64,000 bases of DNA from an uncultured delta proteobacterium (lineage in GTDB: Bacteria > Myxococcota_A > Polyangia > Polyangiales > B10-G4), in the NCBI GenBank assembly GCA_963727445.1, contig CAVSGI010000014.1:352001-416000 (forward strand), given 5' to 3'. Numbering within the stretch: the stretch's first letter is position 1; the number at the start of each line of letters is the position of its first letter. Positions 10,055-20,357 of the stretch are shown here, piece after piece. The notes under the pieces are model-generated. The model had not been told where the DNA came from, did no database searches, and saw only the letters and a program-made list of their open reading frames with translations. Made by a program: the position numbers and the translations under genes.

Positions 10055-11635
10055 TCAGTCCAGGCCTGCGTCCGCCAGAACGGGCGTCGCGAACACCTTC
10101 CGCGCGGTCTTCGATCCCAGGATCTCCTTCCGCGCCTCCTTCCACTTCTTCACGTTCTTTCCGTAGTACTTCTCCACGCGCTTCGCGTCGAAGCCACCCT
10201 GCTGGCCCCAATGACACGCGAAGGGGATCTTGGCGCTGTCCAGATCCTTCCAACATCGCTCGAAGATCGGTATCGACTCCTCCGTGTGGATCCCGCCCAT
10301 CTCGATGTGGGTCGTCATCTGGCGCTGGTTCATGCCCATGAGCGACGTCCCACCTTTGACGAAGCGAACGCCGAAGGCGCCGAGGTGGTGTCGTCCCGCG
10401 TGCGACTCGGCTTTGACCGCAGCGAAGACCGTCTGGAGCATGCGCTTCGCGTTCTCGTGGTCGACCGCGATCTCGGTGCTCGAGCCTTTGCCGGGCGGAA
10501 GCGTCGTCGGCCCGAAGACCTCCCCCGGAAAGCGCGGCATGTGCTGACCGCCAGGGTACTGCTCGGCGAGCAGACGATTGACCAGCTGCTCCACCATCGA
10601 GCCGCCGACCGGTCCATCGATCGCCTGGCTGAGCCCCGCGATGAGGTCGAAGATCTCGGAGGAGAGCTGGGGATGTGCCGGTGGTCCCGACACCGCCGGC
10701 GGCGACGCCTTCCGCTTCCACATCAGGCTCACGTAGGCGCCCGGTCCGTAGTGGGGCGGATACGGGCTGAAGACGACCTCGAAGTGAAAGGGCTCCTCGG
10801 GATTGTCGTGGAGCTCGCTCGTATCGAGCGTCTCGATCGCCTTCCACAGCTTCGGATCGTCGGCGGCGATCGGGATGATGCGCTGCCCGAGCTCGTAGAG
10901 CGGCTCGGCCTCGAGCACGACCCCGTGCACGATCCCCAACGAGCCCAGCGACACCTGGACCGCCCCGAAGAGCGTGTCGCTCCGAAGCGTCTCCGTCGGG
11001 ATCTTCGTCGAAGACGCGAGCCAGTCTCCGAGGTCCTCGCTCACCACCGGCTCGTCCTGTGGCACGACGAAGAGTGCCTTGTCCTTGGCGACGATGAGAT
11101 GAACGCCCAGCACCGAGTCGTGCACCGCCCCGAACCGGTACGCCGAGCCGTGCGTCCCGGTCGCGATCGCCCCCGCGATGCGGTGCCCGTCACTCGCCCC
11201 CGACGTACGCAGCGCGAGCCCCAGCACCCCGAGCCCCTCGTTGAGGCTCCGCACCGTCGTCCCGCCCTGTGCGAAGATCGGAACGAACCCTTTCGGCGTG
11301 CGCTTCTTCCTGTAGTTCGGGCAGAGGAAGGACCCTCGCACCCGGAGAATCGTGTTCAGGTAGCCCGGGTCCACCACGATCTTGCCCGGCTCGACGATGC
11401 GAGAGAGCGACCACCGCGATCCCACCGTTCGGATCGTCTTCTTGTTCTCGATCGCGTACCCGACGATCTCGCCCAGCGCCTTCCCACACCGCTCCAGCTT
11501 CCGCGGCGCGTCCGAATCGATCTCCCCCGGGATGTCCGGCACCACCACCAACGGCACGTCGAAGTCTTTGATCGTCCCGTGGTAGTTGCTCCACTTGATG
11601 TTCCGAGACTCCTTCGAATATGGAAAGTCGACCAT
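10055..11635 (-). CDS. FAD-linked oxidase (aldonolactone oxidase/ALO-like)
   Basis: IRTVGSRWS, IAGAIATGTHG, SLGSLG, C-terminal HWGQ. Confidence 0.85.
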   Translation of the reverse strand: MVDFPYSKESRNIKWSNYHGTIKDFDVPLVVVPDIPGEIDSDAPRKLERCGKALGEIVGYAIENKKTIRTVGSRWSLSRIVEPGKIVVDPGYLNTILRVRGSFLCPNYRKKRTPKGFVPIFAQGGTTVRSLNEGLGVLGLALRTSGASDGHRIAGAIATGTHGSAYRFGAVHDSVLGVHLIVAKDKALFVVPQDEPVVSEDLGDWLASSTKIPTETLRSDTLFGAVQVSLGSLGIVHGVVLEAEPLYELGQRIIPIAADDPKLWKAIETLDTSELHDNPEEPFHFEVVFSPYPPHYGPGAYVSLMWKRKASPPAVSGPPAHPQLSSEIFDLIAGLSQAIDGPVGGSMVEQLVNRLLAEQYPGGQHMPRFPGEVFGPTTLPPGKGSSTEIAVDHENAKRMLQTVFAAVKAESHAGRHHLGAFGVRFVKGGTSLMGMNQRQMTTHIEMGGIHTEESIPIFERCWKDLDSAKIPFACHWGQQGGFDAKRVEKYYGKNVKKWKEARKEILGSKTARKVFATPVLADAGLD

Positions 11636-11641
11636 CCCCCC

Positions 11642-12184
11642 TCACATGTCTCCGACGATCCCGCCGCCGGACGTATCGCACTGAACGTAGGTCGTCGGCT
11701 GCTCTTCGTCCGCTCGCTGCACCAGCACCTCGTGAATCCGTCCCCCGCAGTCCGCCGGCATCGCGATGGGCATCCCCGCGCTTTCCTCGGACGCGCCCTC
11801 GACACACCCCCCTTCCCCGGTGCATCGATACTGCTTCGTCGCGCCCTGTGGGCCGCACGTCACCACCACGCTCGGCGTCTCGCGATGGAGCGTCACCCCG
11901 GACATCTCGGGACATGCCGGGGGAAGCTCGACGAGCACCGTCCCCTCGTGATTGATCCGCTCCGGATCATCCGTCTGCGCCGTCTCGCAGGAAGACGCAT
12001 CGCACACGTAGAGCGGACCTTCGGAGGTGCCGCGGTTCGTGAGGCGGAGGTGGGTCCCGCCGCAAGCGACGAGGAGTGCACACGCCAGTCCCCCGAGCGC
12101 GACGGCCGCCAGGGGGCGGACCGACCATCCTTGCGGCTTCAGCTCGCGCGAAGTCCGTCGCACCGCCGCTCTCCGTCTTGGCAT
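11642..12184 (-). CDS. Hypothetical Cys-containing lipoprotein
   Basis: LVAC lipobox; ends 7 nt before the oxidase start. Confidence 0.55.
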   Translation of the reverse strand: MPRRRAAVRRTSRELKPQGWSVRPLAAVALGGLACALLVACGGTHLRLTNRGTSEGPLYVCDASSCETAQTDDPERINHEGTVLVELPPACPEMSGVTLHRETPSVVVTCGPQGATKQYRCTGEGGCVEGASEESAGMPIAMPADCGGRIHEVLVQRADEEQPTTYVQCDTSGGGIVGDM

Positions 12185-12239
12185 GTCCCCCCCAAGGCTC
12201 GGTAGCCTACCGGATCGACGACTGCAGATCAGCGGGTGA

Positions 12240-12638
12240 TCACCGGCACGCCCGCGAGAACGGCCCAGGGCCGATGGTCGAGGACATGTCGGAAGCCATG
12301 ACCGTGACCCAGGAATCCTCGGTCACGTCGAGCTCCCAGGGCACGACCGCGTAGGACGGCTCGACCTCGAACGCGTGCACTCCTTCTGGGACCACCAGCG
12401 AAAGCGGACCCGTCACGCTGAAGCAGTGCTCTCCACCCCGGTCGGGCACGGGCCCCTGAATCACCAGCTGCGCGTCCATCCGCACTTCGATATCGACCGA
12501 CTGCTCTGCGCCGTTGACGAACTCGAACTGTAGCGTGTGCGACGGGCCATCCCCCAGCTCGGGCTCCGCCACCACGTAAGGCTCGCCGCCACAGGCAGCG
12601 AGAAGAAGCACGGCAACGGAAACCTTCGACCAGCCCAC
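12240..12638 (-). CDS. Hypothetical small lipoprotein (start inferred at GTG 12638)
   Basis: MGWSKVSVAVLLLAAC signal and lipobox; removes overlap with the FHA gene. Confidence 0.45.
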   Translation of the reverse strand: MGWSKVSVAVLLLAACGGEPYVVAEPELGDGPSHTLQFEFVNGAEQSVDIEVRMDAQLVIQGPVPDRGGEHCFSVTGPLSLVVPEGVHAFEVEPSYAVVPWELDVTEDSWVTVMASDMSSTIGPGPFSRACR

Positions 12639-12720
12639 GATCCCGAGTCTAGCGTGTTTCCCCGAGAGTACGAGCGGCCACCACGTCCATATCAAGTCGT
12701 TTTCTCCGAACCCCCGCGCT

Positions 12721-13818
12721 TCATTGCCCCTGCCACCGCACCCGCGCCCGCCCATCCACCAGCGCGAGCTCCACTTCTCCCTCTGCCGGCAGCGCCAACT
12801 CGCGAATGGGGTGCAGCCGCTCACCTCGCCGCACGTACGAGCCGAACGTGCTCGCCGTGTCGACCGCGTAGAGCGTCCCATCGACCCGGATCAGGAGCAG
12901 GTGCGTGCGTGAGACCGCCGCGTCCGAAAACAGCTCCGACGAATCACAGCGCGCGTAGCGCCCCAGCACGATCCCGCGCCCCGCCGCCGCCGGCCCGACC
13001 TCGACGCAGCGCACGCCCGCTCCCGTCAGGATCCGAAGCGCACCGATCGGCGCCTCCCCCTCGAGAACCAGCCCATCCTCCGCACGCACCGCACCGCGGA
13101 TCGCCGTCACGCTCGTGTACGCCTCGCCTTCCCAATGCGGCTGTGGTGCGCGCCCGTGACGAAGGCGACGCCGCGCCCACCGGTCCGGCTCCGCGCCGCG
13201 CTCGTCGAGATAGACCCTGCGCGGCATCATCGCCCAGGCATCGGCTGACAGCGGTGGATAGTCGCTGCGGTCCCCTGTCTGCAGAAAGAACAGCGCGTAG
13301 TCGCCGCACGCGAGCAGCGCTGGCCCCTCGCAGCGCACGCCCTCGAGCATCCGCCCCGCCTCGTCGCGAAACGCACGCTGAGTCCGCAGGTCGAGCACCG
13401 TGAAGCGACAGTCGCCGCGCGCCCAGCTCCGCACCGGATGGAGGATCAACGCGAGGTGCCGCAGCGACATCTCCTCGTCGTCCCGGAGCAGCAGGTCCGC
13501 GAAGCGATGCCGACCGATGATGGCCGCCGTGGGCCGCCCCGCCCGCGCAGAGAGCCAGAGCCGCCCCGCGAGCCGACAGCTCGGCACGTGCACCGCGATC
13601 GCCGCCACCCCCGCGCCCCCCATGTCTCGGCAGAAGCGCCGGATCTCCGCGTAGTGCGCCATGAAGAGCGCCTCGTAGGGAACGCCAGCGCGCACCGCGA
13701 CAGGTGGCGCGCAGCACGTTCTCACGTCGAACCCCGCGTCCCGCCGCTGCCCGGCGTCGAGCTGCACGAATCGCAAACGGCCAGGAGCCGGTGCCGGCGT
13801 CAGTCCTTCTTCGCTCAA
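12721..13818 (-). CDS. FHA domain-containing protein
   Basis: IIGRH...SLRH and LGRY...VSRTH...DTASTFGS FHA-like motifs. Confidence 0.75.
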   Translation of the reverse strand: MSEEGLTPAPAPGRLRFVQLDAGQRRDAGFDVRTCCAPPVAVRAGVPYEALFMAHYAEIRRFCRDMGGAGVAAIAVHVPSCRLAGRLWLSARAGRPTAAIIGRHRFADLLLRDDEEMSLRHLALILHPVRSWARGDCRFTVLDLRTQRAFRDEAGRMLEGVRCEGPALLACGDYALFFLQTGDRSDYPPLSADAWAMMPRRVYLDERGAEPDRWARRRLRHGRAPQPHWEGEAYTSVTAIRGAVRAEDGLVLEGEAPIGALRILTGAGVRCVEVGPAAAGRGIVLGRYARCDSSELFSDAAVSRTHLLLIRVDGTLYAVDTASTFGSYVRRGERLHPIRELALPAEGEVELALVDGRARVRWQGQ

Positions 13819-13928
13819 TCACGCCTCCTCGATGGGGGATATGGGGTAGACGCGCGTGTGGGTGCGGGACTGACAGGAAGCGGGAAGAACGGAAGCACCC
13901 ACAGTCGCCGTGGTACTACGAGGATGCC

Positions 13929-14426
13929 ATGCGCTTCGAGCCGCTGACCCAACTCCCCAATGCATGGACCATGGTCTGTCAGCGCTTCGGCGTTCATCTC
14001 TTCGAGGGCGACCTCGACGTCGACGAGATGACGCGCATGGAAGCACGGGCGACGGCGTGGCACGCGCGCAACCCCGGGCGCATCGTCGAGCTCGTCGTCA
14101 TCTATCCGAGCGACAATCGGATGTCGTCGGAGGAACGCTCGAAGATGACGCAGCTCATCAAGAAGTGGGAGCACGTCCGCGACGCATCCGCGACGGTGAT
14201 CCTCGCCGAAGGCCTCGTCGGCTCGCTCCAGCGCAGCATCCTCACCGGGCTGATGATGCTCGCCCCAGCTCCACACCCGGCGAGAGTGTTCGGAAAGGTG
14301 CCGCCCGCCGTGAGCTATCTGACGCCGTACATCTCCGCGCTCTGCAGCGATGCCACGGAGCAGACAATCATCGATGCCGTGGCCGAGCTCTCCTCGGCGT
14401 TCGAAGCGCGCACCAACAGGCGTTGA
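13929..14426 (+). CDS. Hypothetical myxobacterial protein (STAS/SEC14-like)
   Basis: ATG after GAGGA; alpha/beta pattern ending in P.RVF typical of these families (inference). Confidence 0.55.
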   Translation: MRFEPLTQLPNAWTMVCQRFGVHLFEGDLDVDEMTRMEARATAWHARNPGRIVELVVIYPSDNRMSSEERSKMTQLIKKWEHVRDASATVILAEGLVGSLQRSILTGLMMLAPAPHPARVFGKVPPAVSYLTPYISALCSDATEQTIIDAVAELSSAFEARTNRR

Positions 14427-14475
14427 CGAGCACGGTCAAAGCATCCGTCCTCAGGCGAGAGGCCTGGGCGGTCGC

Positions 14476-14853
14476 TCACTCTTCGAGCTCGACCTCTGCG
14501 CGCTCGGCCCAGTAGGTCTCTTCGTCGTCGTCACGCACGCCGATGCGACCGGTCGGTCCGCAGATGTACACGTCGCCGATGACGCCGGCGTGGGGACCTT
14601 TCACGAGGCGAACGCGGCTGCCCTTCTGGATGCCGCCGCGGCTCACGGCGCCGCCCTGTGGGCCATCGCGCTCGACGTTCTCGCCGTCGAAGAAGAAGGT
14701 GCTGCCGGCGGCGTCTTTGACGCCGTAGCGCAGGCCAGCGCCGTACTTCTTGGCGCCGACCCAGACGACGGTGCCACGCACGTCCGGCTTGCCCAGCTCG
14801 CGGGCGAAAACGGTGTCGCCCTTCTCGAAAGTATCGTCGGAAAACTCGGACAT
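14476..14853 (-). CDS. Small protein with two SH3/KOW-like beta domains
   Basis: KGDTV...GTVVW...RYGVKD and KGSRVRLVKGPHAG...RIGVRD internal duplication. Confidence 0.6.
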   Translation of the reverse strand: MSEFSDDTFEKGDTVFARELGKPDVRGTVVWVGAKKYGAGLRYGVKDAAGSTFFFDGENVERDGPQGGAVSRGGIQKGSRVRLVKGPHAGVIGDVYICGPTGRIGVRDDDEETYWAERAEVELEE

Positions 14854-14979
14854 GCTGCTCGCGGGAGCCTGCGATTATGCCGCAGGCCGGCGCGGGTTGG
14901 AACAACGAGCTGACAGCTGCATCTTTCACGCAACTCCCGCCCCCACGCCCCGATAAGCCCGCATCGAAGGAGGAGACCG

Positions 14980-15591
14980 ATGCGCGGGACGGTAATTTGT
15001 GGGCTGATCTTCTGGGTTTTTTGCGGGTGTGGCCCCGCGCGGGAGCGGGGACCGGTCGAGGAAATCGCCGGGGACGATGCCGGCGTCGCCTCGTTCGGTG
15101 ACGACGCAGGGATGGAGGAGGACGCGGACATCATCCGCGTGGACCCGACACCGCAGCCGGAGCCCGAGCCCGCGCCGCCGAGCGGTGAGGACGTCGTTCA
15201 GGCGTTCCGGATGCTCCTTCAGCAGCACTGCAACACGGCGCACGACTGTCGTTATGGTCGGGCCGAGTTCCCCACCCCCGAACAGGAGGCGGAGTTCGTC
15301 CGGCTCTACGGGACCTACGAAGGGGAGTGCATGGCCATCCAGTACCCCACCGCGTTCCGTGACCTGCTTCGCGCGGCGGTCGACGAGGGTCGCACCACCT
15401 ACGACTTCGACCAGGCAGCGGCGTGTGAGGAGGCGCTCCGCTGGGACATCGCCTATTGCACGGGCTTCTGGCGCGACGGCTATCCCGAGTGCGAGGACAT
15501 CTTCATCGGCACGCTTCCCCACGGGGACCCCTGCGCGATCGACATGGAGTGCACGAGCCAGGTCTGCGGCGACGACGGGACGTGCCGCTGA
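14980..15591 (+). CDS. Hypothetical Cys-rich exported protein/lipoprotein
   Basis: AGGAGGAG RBS; N-terminal hydrophobic segment with CGC; C-terminal GDPC...ECTSQVC...GTC. Confidence 0.65.
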   Translation: MRGTVICGLIFWVFCGCGPARERGPVEEIAGDDAGVASFGDDAGMEEDADIIRVDPTPQPEPEPAPPSGEDVVQAFRMLLQQHCNTAHDCRYGRAEFPTPEQEAEFVRLYGTYEGECMAIQYPTAFRDLLRAAVDEGRTTYDFDQAAACEEALRWDIAYCTGFWRDGYPECEDIFIGTLPHGDPCAIDMECTSQVCGDDGTCR

Positions 15592-15763
15592 GGCGCGAAC
15601 GCGCTTCGATAAGTACTTCGAGAAGCTCGCGTCGATCGGGAGCGCCTCCGACGGGCGCAGGCGGCTCGCGGATGCAACACTCCCCTGCGAGACCCGCCGT
15701 GACCGAGGACCATCCCAGCAGGCGAGCACCGCGCCCGGCGATCGCCGCGGTGCGGTAGCGGCC

Positions 15764-16297
15764 ATGCGCGCCACGCTCGAACGTCCGACACCTCGCGCGC
15801 GCCATCCGCTGGTGCGACTGGTGCGCGGGCTGTGGACGCTGCCGACGAACGTGCTCGGTCACGCCGCCGGAGTGCTGGTGTCGGGCGGCGTCGGCGAGTC
15901 GCTCCACTCCGAGATGGCGAGCGGCCGCCTCTACATCATCCGTCTGCCCGGCCTTTCGCGCGTCGGTGGCGTCACCCTCGGCCACGCCATCCTGCTCTCG
16001 CCGGCGTTCACGAAGGGCCTCCGCGGTCGTCTCGTCATCGCCCACGAGCTCGCTCACACCCGTCAGCACGACGTCCTCGGCCCGCTCTATCTGCCGCTGC
16101 ACATCCTCGCGCAAGCCGCCAGCGCCGCCATCTACCTCGTGCGACCCGACCGGACGAGCGATCCGGTCCACGCCTACAACCCGCTCGAAGAGCGATGGCT
16201 CTTCCTCGGCCACCGCGCCATCGATGAGGTGCTGCGTGGCGAGCGGTGGAGCGAGCGGGAGCGGGAGGAGGTGCTCACGGCGTTGGGCGTGGGCTGA
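15764..16297 (+). CDS. Hypothetical HExxH (zincin-like) protein
   Basis: WTLPTN, GVTLGHAIL, AHELAHTRQ, GPLYLP, NPLE. Confidence 0.65.
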   Translation: MRATLERPTPRARHPLVRLVRGLWTLPTNVLGHAAGVLVSGGVGESLHSEMASGRLYIIRLPGLSRVGGVTLGHAILLSPAFTKGLRGRLVIAHELAHTRQHDVLGPLYLPLHILAQAASAAIYLVRPDRTSDPVHAYNPLEERWLFLGHRAIDEVLRGERWSEREREEVLTALGVG

Positions 16298-16428
16298 GGC
16301 GGCTTCGTGTGCGGCTCGGCTGTACATCCGCCGGCGCCGGCATGTACATCACGTGCGCTCGACGCCTCCGGCCCACGTGAATTCGCCCGCGCTTTGTCGC
16401 TGGAACGGGTCGTGCTGTTCGTCCGGGC

Positions 16429-17100
16429 ATGCATCCGCTCCTTCTCGACGGCATCGCCGCCGGTATCGGACTGATCGGCCTGGTGCTGCTGGTGAAGCTC
16501 CCCTGGGACCTCTACATGGAGGCGCGCGGTCTCATCGCCGATCAGCGCGACGCGCGCAAGCGCGACATCGCGGTCGATCCGGAAGAGGAGCGCTACGCCA
16601 AGCGGGCGGCGCGGCGTCTGCTGGCGGTGTGCATCGGGCTTCACGTGGTGACCGCCGCGGTGGTGGGTGCGGCGACCTGGGCCAGCGGCGGGTCGCTCGG
16701 CTACTTCTTCGCGGGGTTCTACCTCCTTTCGACCTTCTTTCGGCCCGCGGTCGCGCTCTACCGCCACCTGGTCCGCCGCCTCCGCGAGCTCCGCGGGCGG
16801 ACGCGCTATCCGCGCGAGGACGTGGTGACGTTGGTGGCGCGGGTGCGCGATTTGGAGAGGGAGCTCGAAGAACGCGGCGAGGCCTCGAAGGAGACGCGCT
16901 GCGCCTTCGAGGCCTCGCTCGACCGGCTCGGTCAACGGGTCGACGCCCTCGACCGCGAGCATCGCGTTCGCGTAGCGGCCTTCGAAGACCAGGTCGCGCT
17001 GGTGCTTCGCGAGCTCGAGCGAACGGTCGACCGTCTCACCGAAGACCGCGAGCTCCTGGCTGGGATACGCGCCTTCGTGAAAGTCGTGAAAGAAGCCTAG
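16429..17100 (+). CDS. Hypothetical membrane protein with C-terminal coiled coil
   Basis: Hydrophobic helices followed by a heptad-rich tail. Confidence 0.65.
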   Translation: MHPLLLDGIAAGIGLIGLVLLVKLPWDLYMEARGLIADQRDARKRDIAVDPEEERYAKRAARRLLAVCIGLHVVTAAVVGAATWASGGSLGYFFAGFYLLSTFFRPAVALYRHLVRRLRELRGRTRYPREDVVTLVARVRDLERELEERGEASKETRCAFEASLDRLGQRVDALDREHRVRVAAFEDQVALVLRELERTVDRLTEDRELLAGIRAFVKVVKEA

Positions 17101-18164
17101 CCGTCGATGCGCGCGTGGCGCGGGGTGAGAGCGCTCGACAGGTCCAGCCGCGACAGCTCGCGGGCGAGCGCTTCGGGGCCCTCTGCGCCCACGCGCCGGA
17201 AATGACTGACGCCCGAGCGGTAATGCGGGTCGTTTTCGTAGCGATACGCGTCGACCTCGTCGTTCATCGCGGCGCGAAAGCCCTCGAGCTTGTGGTCGCG
17301 GGCGACGGCGCGGACCGCGTTGCCGCCGGGCCCGGCGAGGCGGCGGCGCGCGTCGGCTCGGCCCCGCTCGAAGAGCTCGCCGCGGCCTTCGCTGTCCCAG
17401 CCCTGCGTGCCCGCCGCGAGGCCGTCGGTGTAGCTGCGGAAGGCATGACCATACTCGGCCTGGGCTTCGGCGAAGGCGTCGGGCTGCTCGCGCCGGCCGC
17501 GTTCGGCGGTCTCGTAGGCCCGGTCGAAGGTCTCCTGGTCGCAGGTGCGGAGCGAATTGCGCATCGCTTGGCGATCGGCTGGGCTGAGGTCGCGCAGAGA
17601 AGCGGCGATGCCCGCGGCCCAGCCGGGGCTGCCGGTACCGAGACCACCGAAGGCGGCGCGAAGCAGCCCGTTGGTGGTGCCACGCGCGCGGACGGTCATG
17701 AAATCGTGGATGACGAGAGCATACCCGGCGATGATCGCCGCCGGGACCGTGAAGAACTCCGCAGCCGCGGCGCCAGTGACACCCGCCGCATGCGCCACGA
17801 AGTTGCCGATGTGCGCGGCGTCCGCTGCGATGCCGATGCCTTCCACCGCGTGGAAGTGCGGCTCCACGCTCCCCGGCACGACGGCGACGTCCTCGTCGAG
17901 TCGCAGCGTCGCATCGCGCGCGGACGCCGGCAGCGCGTCCTGGAGGTCCTGCATCGCGCCGCGCAGCGCCTCTGCGTCCTCGCCATCGAGGCGCTCGAGG
18001 GTGCGCTGAGCCTTGTCGAGGAGCGACCGCGCGCCAGCGACGTCACCGCTGCCGGCGCGGATGTTGTCGGCACACTCCTCGAGGCGCGCGCCCATCTCCT
18101 CACCCGTCGGCGGGGCGTCCGCCCGGTACCGATGTCCCGCCACGTCGATCTTCGGATCACTCAT
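17097..18164 (-). CDS. Hypothetical protein
   Basis: GGGAGG RBS; start overlaps the upstream stop (ATGA). Confidence 0.6.
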   Translation of the reverse strand: MSDPKIDVAGHRYRADAPPTGEEMGARLEECADNIRAGSGDVAGARSLLDKAQRTLERLDGEDAEALRGAMQDLQDALPASARDATLRLDEDVAVVPGSVEPHFHAVEGIGIAADAAHIGNFVAHAAGVTGAAAAEFFTVPAAIIAGYALVIHDFMTVRARGTTNGLLRAAFGGLGTGSPGWAAGIAASLRDLSPADRQAMRNSLRTCDQETFDRAYETAERGRREQPDAFAEAQAEYGHAFRSYTDGLAAGTQGWDSEGRGELFERGRADARRRLAGPGGNAVRAVARDHKLEGFRAAMNDEVDAYRYENDPHYRSGVSHFRRVGAEGPEALARELSRLDLSSALTPRHARIDG

Positions 18165-18883
18165 CGCATCCCTCCCATCATCTCCAGCTGCTGGCGGAGC
18201 ACCGGCTCCGCGATCTCTTCGAGGGCGACGCGCAGCCTTCGCTGCACGCGCGGGCCGGCGCCGGAGAGCGCCTCGAAGGCGCGGCGGCGTGCGGCGGCCG
18301 GCGCCTTCGGGTCACTCGCGATCGCGAGGAGCTCAGCGTCCGTCACCGGCTCTTCGCGGTAGGAGCCGTCACGCGCGGCGCCCTTCGCCTCGGCGCGCTC
18401 GAGCAGCGCGAGGTTCGAGGGCTCGGTGGCTCGGTAAGCGGATTGCGCCGAGAGGATGGCCTCTTCCAGCTCTTCCGAGCTCTCGCAGCCGATGACCACC
18501 TCTTCGCCGTTTTCGAGCGTGAGGCGCACGCGATCCATTCCCTGGGCGCGGACGTCGGCGAGGGCGCCGTAGGGGACGAAGCGCGCGGCGCGGGAGCCCC
18601 GGATGGCCACGCCATCGGTGCCCACGTCGACGAAGCCGGCGCGTCCCCAGGTGGAGCCGATCCCGGTCCGGCCGAGCAGCCGCGTACGGAGACCGTGCGC
18701 GATGGCGTAGATGACGTTCAGTCCGAATCCGATGCCAATGGAGGCTTCGAGCGGGACGCCGAGGAAGGGAAGCCCGATGGCGGCGTAGGCGCCGCCGACG
18801 CCCAACCCCATCAACACGGGCCAGAGCGGCCAGGTGTGCTTGCGCTGAAATCTCCGGGCGCTCCGGCCCTTTGTCGCCATCAT
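18161..18883 (-). CDS. Hypothetical membrane protein
   Basis: Two N-terminal TM segments, then PH-like beta region and helical tail. Confidence 0.6.
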   Translation of the reverse strand: MMATKGRSARRFQRKHTWPLWPVLMGLGVGGAYAAIGLPFLGVPLEASIGIGFGLNVIYAIAHGLRTRLLGRTGIGSTWGRAGFVDVGTDGVAIRGSRAARFVPYGALADVRAQGMDRVRLTLENGEEVVIGCESSEELEEAILSAQSAYRATEPSNLALLERAEAKGAARDGSYREEPVTDAELLAIASDPKAPAAARRRAFEALSGAGPRVQRRLRVALEEIAEPVLRQQLEMMGGMR

Positions 18884-18970
18884 GCGCGCTTATCGCGGGG
18901 GCGCCCGGCCAGTTGCTTGGAAAGACCCGAGGAGTCGACTCCGGACCCCCGCCGGCAGTACGCTCGCGTC

Positions 18971-20357
18971 ATGTCGACACGCGACGTCGAGAACCTCCTC
19001 GAGTTGCTGAACGAGGCGCTGCGGCAGGACGAGCTCGGCCTGGCCGTCAAGCTCGTCGCCGAGGTCGAGGCGCTCGAGCCGGAAGAAGCGCGCTGGGCAC
19101 ACCGCAAAGGCGACCTCTTGGCGCGGATGGACCGGACCGACGAGGCGGTGGCGAGCTTCGAGAGGGCGGTGGATTCTGTACGCCCGCGAGGGTTTCCTGA
19201 CGCGGGCCGTGGCGATGGCCAAGGTGATCCTCGGCCTCGATCCGAGCCGGACCGACGTCATCGAGCGGGTCGATCCCGAGGCGGCCCGGGAGCTTCATCG
19301 GCGTCACCGCACCATCGCCCAGGGACGGGCCACCGACGGTGCGGAGAAGCGGCAGCGGGTCTCGAAGCTGGGGCCGGCGCCCTACCCCGCGCTCGCGCCC
19401 GCCGACGACGCCGAAGAGGACGAGGTGCGCTTCGCGGATGCGCCGTCGATCGAGATCGAGGTGACGCTGGCCGAGGTCGGCGACCGCGCGAGCTACCCCG
19501 AGATCACCGTCGAAGGCGTGAGCGAAGAGGAGCTCCAGCTCTCGGACGAGCCCGAGGCGCGCCCGCCCACCGCCGACCAGCTTGCGCGCCTGCCCGCGTT
19601 TCCCGTCTTCGCAGAGCTGCCGCGTGACGCGTTTCAGAAGTTGGCGGCCCGAGCGGAGCTCGTCGAGGTCGGTGACGGCGAGATCGTCCTCGAGACGGGC
19701 GAGCTCGCGGACTCGCTCTACGCCATCGTCGAGGGTCGGGTGCGCGTCGACGTGCCGGGCATGGCGCCGGCGCAGGCGGTCTTTCTGGGCGAGGGGGACG
19801 TCTTCGGCGAGTCCTGCCTGGTCGAGGGCGCGACGCGAAAGGCCGACGTGGTCGCGGCCGGCAAGCTCGTCGCGCTGCGCATCGCCGAGGCCGATCTCGA
19901 AGAGATGGTCGAAGCGCACCCGACGATCGGCGACGTGATGTTCGACCTGCTCACGCGGCGCGTCGTCGGAAACCTGATGGTGACCTCCCCGCTCTTCGCC
20001 GGCTTCGACCCATCGACGCGCGCCGAGATCGCCAAGCTCTTCGAAGCGCGCAAGGCCGAGGACGGTCAGCTGATCACCGAGCGCGGCAAGCGCTGCGACG
20101 GCCTCTACGTGCTGCTCGCGGGGACGCTCGAGATGGACACGGGCGATGGCTCGGAGCTGGTCGAGCCAATCACCATGTTCGGCCAGGGCTCGCTCTTCTC
20201 GCACGAGCCGGTGGCGCACACCGTCCGCTGCATCGGCGAGGCGCTGCTCTTGCGTCTACCGGCGAGCGGCTTCCTTCAGCTCGCGGCGCTCTATCCGACG
20301 GTGCTGGCGGAGCTCTCCGAGCTGGCGGCGCTGCCCGCGGCCGTTCAGCTGATGTGA
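18971..20357 (+). CDS. TPR + tandem cyclic-nucleotide-binding domain protein (one +1 frameshift near 19175)
   Basis: Removing one T in GTG GAT T CTG TAC restores AVDLYAREGFLTRAVAMAK; cNMP motifs GDVFGE...TRKADV and FGQGSL. Confidence 0.8.
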
